From NCBI GenBank assembly GCA_043228905.1, contig JBHGNT010000006.1, positions 10,540,001 through 10,604,000 on the forward strand: DNA of 64,000 nt. The letters are read 5' to 3'. A program made the position numbers and the translations under genes. Under the pieces are notes generated by a model. That model saw nothing but the letters and a program-made list of their open reading frames with translations, did no database searches and was not told where the DNA came from. Numbering within the stretch: position 1 is the stretch's first letter; the number at the start of each line of letters is the position of its first letter. Source of the stretch: Azolla caroliniana. Its lineage: Eukaryota; Plantae; Polypodiophyta. Positions 61,601 to 64,000 of the stretch are shown piece by piece.

Positions 61601-64000
61601 TATTGAGATACAAGCTCAACATTGCCGGATCGGCTGTGCAATCCGAGAACCAGATTGGTTTGGACCGATCTGTGCGTAAACCGGTGCCGGATCCGTGCGG
61701 GAACTAGGAGGCCGTTGAACAGATATTCCACGAGGGAATATATTTGGGAGTTAGTGTAGGGGCTCAGTTATGAGCATTGAAGTACATGTCAGTACTTCTG
61801 TCAGTCCGTATGGACTTGTATAAAAGTGCTCTCTGAGCACATCCTATGTACAAAGTTTACACATTATTTTGAATTTAATTTTTTCAGTGTGTTCATTCTC
61901 TCTCTGTCTCTCCTGCGTACATTGTGTCTTAAGCTCTCCATTAAACATGTTTTTCCCTATTGGTATTTTGTGTTTCATATAGCTTCCACACGTAACATTT
62001 CACATGGTATCAGAGCGCGAGGGTTGAGAACCTCCGCAACCGACTTCAGCTCGAAACAAAAAAACCTAATCTCGGTGAAGAATAGAATGAAAAATAAAAA
62101 ATAGATAGAGGTATGGCTAGTTCGCATCCAACTAAGAAGCTCGACATAAGTAATTATGCATCTTGGTTGTACAAGATGCATCAGTACTTGCTCGGACATG
62201 GATACTGGAGCTATGTCGATGGAGAGATTGATACAGCACCTGAATTAACACACAGAGACAAGTCTCGGCCTGGGAACAGTCAGTGAGTAGAGTTCTCTTG
62301 AGCTACATTTGGGATGCAAGAATGTCGAAGGATGTTTAGGAAAATCGGAAAAAGATTTTCACCGCAAGCACCACAGTTAGGAAGCTCTAACTCCGACAAG
62401 AGTTGAGCAATGTGCGTCAATGCGACATGACGGTGGCTAACTACACCTCCAAGATAAAGGATATATGCGACTCCCTCGCCTCCATTGATGTGAACGTTGA
62501 GGAGGGCGAAATTGTGTAGATCTGCCTCGGAGGATTGGCGTTGAAGTTCAGAGCATTCCGAACTGCTATTTGTACAAGGGAGAATACGCCATCATTTTTC
62601 AACTTGCAATCGATGCTCCTTGTAGAGGAGAATCACGGGGGTGTGTCGACGAGTACGCACGTCGACAACAAGATGCTATACACGGAGGGAGATAGGCCCC
62701 GTGGTCGTGGCAGACGAGGTGAGTGGGCGCGCAATGGAGGTGGTTGACAAGAGCAAGGAAGAAGGCATCGTGATGATGTCGAGAGCAATTCTGGACCCTT
62801 TGGAAGCAGGGGAGTCGAGGAGGCAACAAAAACCGGCAAGGGAAACACGCCGCGGAATGTTGGTATTGTGGCAAGAAAGGCCACAAGGAGAGAGAGTGTT
62901 GGAAGAAATGCGCCGAGTCGGAAAAAACTGGATCCGGATCTGGACAGACCGAACAAGGAAATCGATAGCGGACACACTATGCCGAAGGATCCGAAAAACT
63001 CGGAAAGGGGGCAGCCTTCGTGACAAGACACAAAGCGAACTCGATGAAGAAGACCACCCCGAAATGGGACGAAGTGTGGTATGTTGACTCTGGAGCGTCA
63101 AACCATATGACGAACCATAAAGAGTGGTACTCATATTTGGAAAAACCGGAGCAACCGGAAGTAGTCGCAACAGTAGACGACACATCACATCCGATTGTAC
63201 ATGTCGGTGAAGTTCCCCTCAGCCAAGTGGGGCAAAAAGGGAAGCTAATGAACATGTTACACGTCCCGACAATTACGAAGAATTTGGTGTCGGTCGGACA
63301 GATCGTTGACCAGGGATGCAAGTCTGGTTCATGCATCTCGGGTCCTTCATCGAGGAAAAAGGCCAAGTTATTGCGCAAGGGTGCATAGATGGGAGGATGT
63401 TCATCCTCGACACCAATGACGTAGGCACCTCCACATTTGCGAAATAACAAAAAGTCGAGTCGAATATCGACTTGTGGCATAAGAGGATAGGCCACGTCAA
63501 CTGCCAAAGGCTTCAGGACCTGCAATCAAAACAAGTTGTGTTTGGATTGCCGAAATTCCGTGGTCCAAAAGGCCCAAATTTGTGAAGCTTGCCAGCTAGG
63601 GAAGCAACACCAACTTCCTTTCCCAATGAGCATAATTGGAGCCAAAATAAGCTTGACTTTATGCATTTAGATGTATGGGAACCAACACAGAACGTGAGTC
63701 TTGGCGGGAGTCAATATTTCATCTCCTTCATCGACGACTACACCTGGCACACATGGATCTACCTCATCGAAAAGAAAAGTGAAGTCTTCGACTGTTTCTG
63801 GAACCCCAACAATCTTGTCGAAAGGGAGACAGGGAGGAAAATCAAGTGCCTGCAGTAGGATGGCGGAAAAGAGTACTTTTCTGGCCAATTCAACAATTAT
63901 TTGCAACAAATGGGAATTCGGCACGAATTCAATTGCAAGTATATGCCAGAGCAAAACTGCGTAGCCGAAAGGGAGAGTCGGTCAGTTGTGAAAGCGGCAC
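61601..64000 (+). mobile_element. Copia element M (F/L family): 5' LTR 61601-62004, Met PBS, degenerate gag-PR-IN running off the window
   Basis: T(A)TTGAGATACAAGCTCAACA...TTTCACA then TGGTATCAGAGC at 62005; WYVDSGASNHMT, YFISFIDDYT. Confidence 0.93.

Noticed and set aside
36500-64000. Numerous ORFs antisense to the copia pol regions
   Set aside because: Shadow ORFs of GC-rich pol sequence with no independent motifs.

Overview
Eukaryotic, land-plant-type genomic DNA. A moss such as Physcomitrium is inferred from the retroelement lineages, not demonstrated. The first 1.8 kb hold the last five coding exons of an intron-containing, divergent coproporphyrinogen III oxidase gene. The remaining ~60 kb is a deeply nested, mutated transposon cluster, where I use my own letter labels for elements. 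It contains Ty1/copia elements of two lineages (A, F, K, L, M; and the Tnt1/Tork-like E, J, J2, J3), tRNA-Trp-primed Ty3/gypsy elements with 4-bp target duplications (B, C, D, a solo LTR), an Arg-primed gypsy-like 5' end (G1), a gag fragment (G2), two Tf1/Tcn1-like chromovirus 5' ends (H, I), a chromodomain-bearing 3' end and a LINE fragment. It also contains a 6.46-kb microsatellite-filled DNA transposon with CCCGGGG termini and an 8-bp TSD, a captured 178-bp satellite, several 150-430 bp tandem duplications and a 100-N assembly gap. The most notable signal is an antisense tRNA-like (Pol III A/B-box) module at the U3 end of LTRs from at least three different gypsy families. Two of these also show Tf1-type self-priming and so need no tRNA primer. 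Coordinates were counted by hand; junctions may be off by a few bases.
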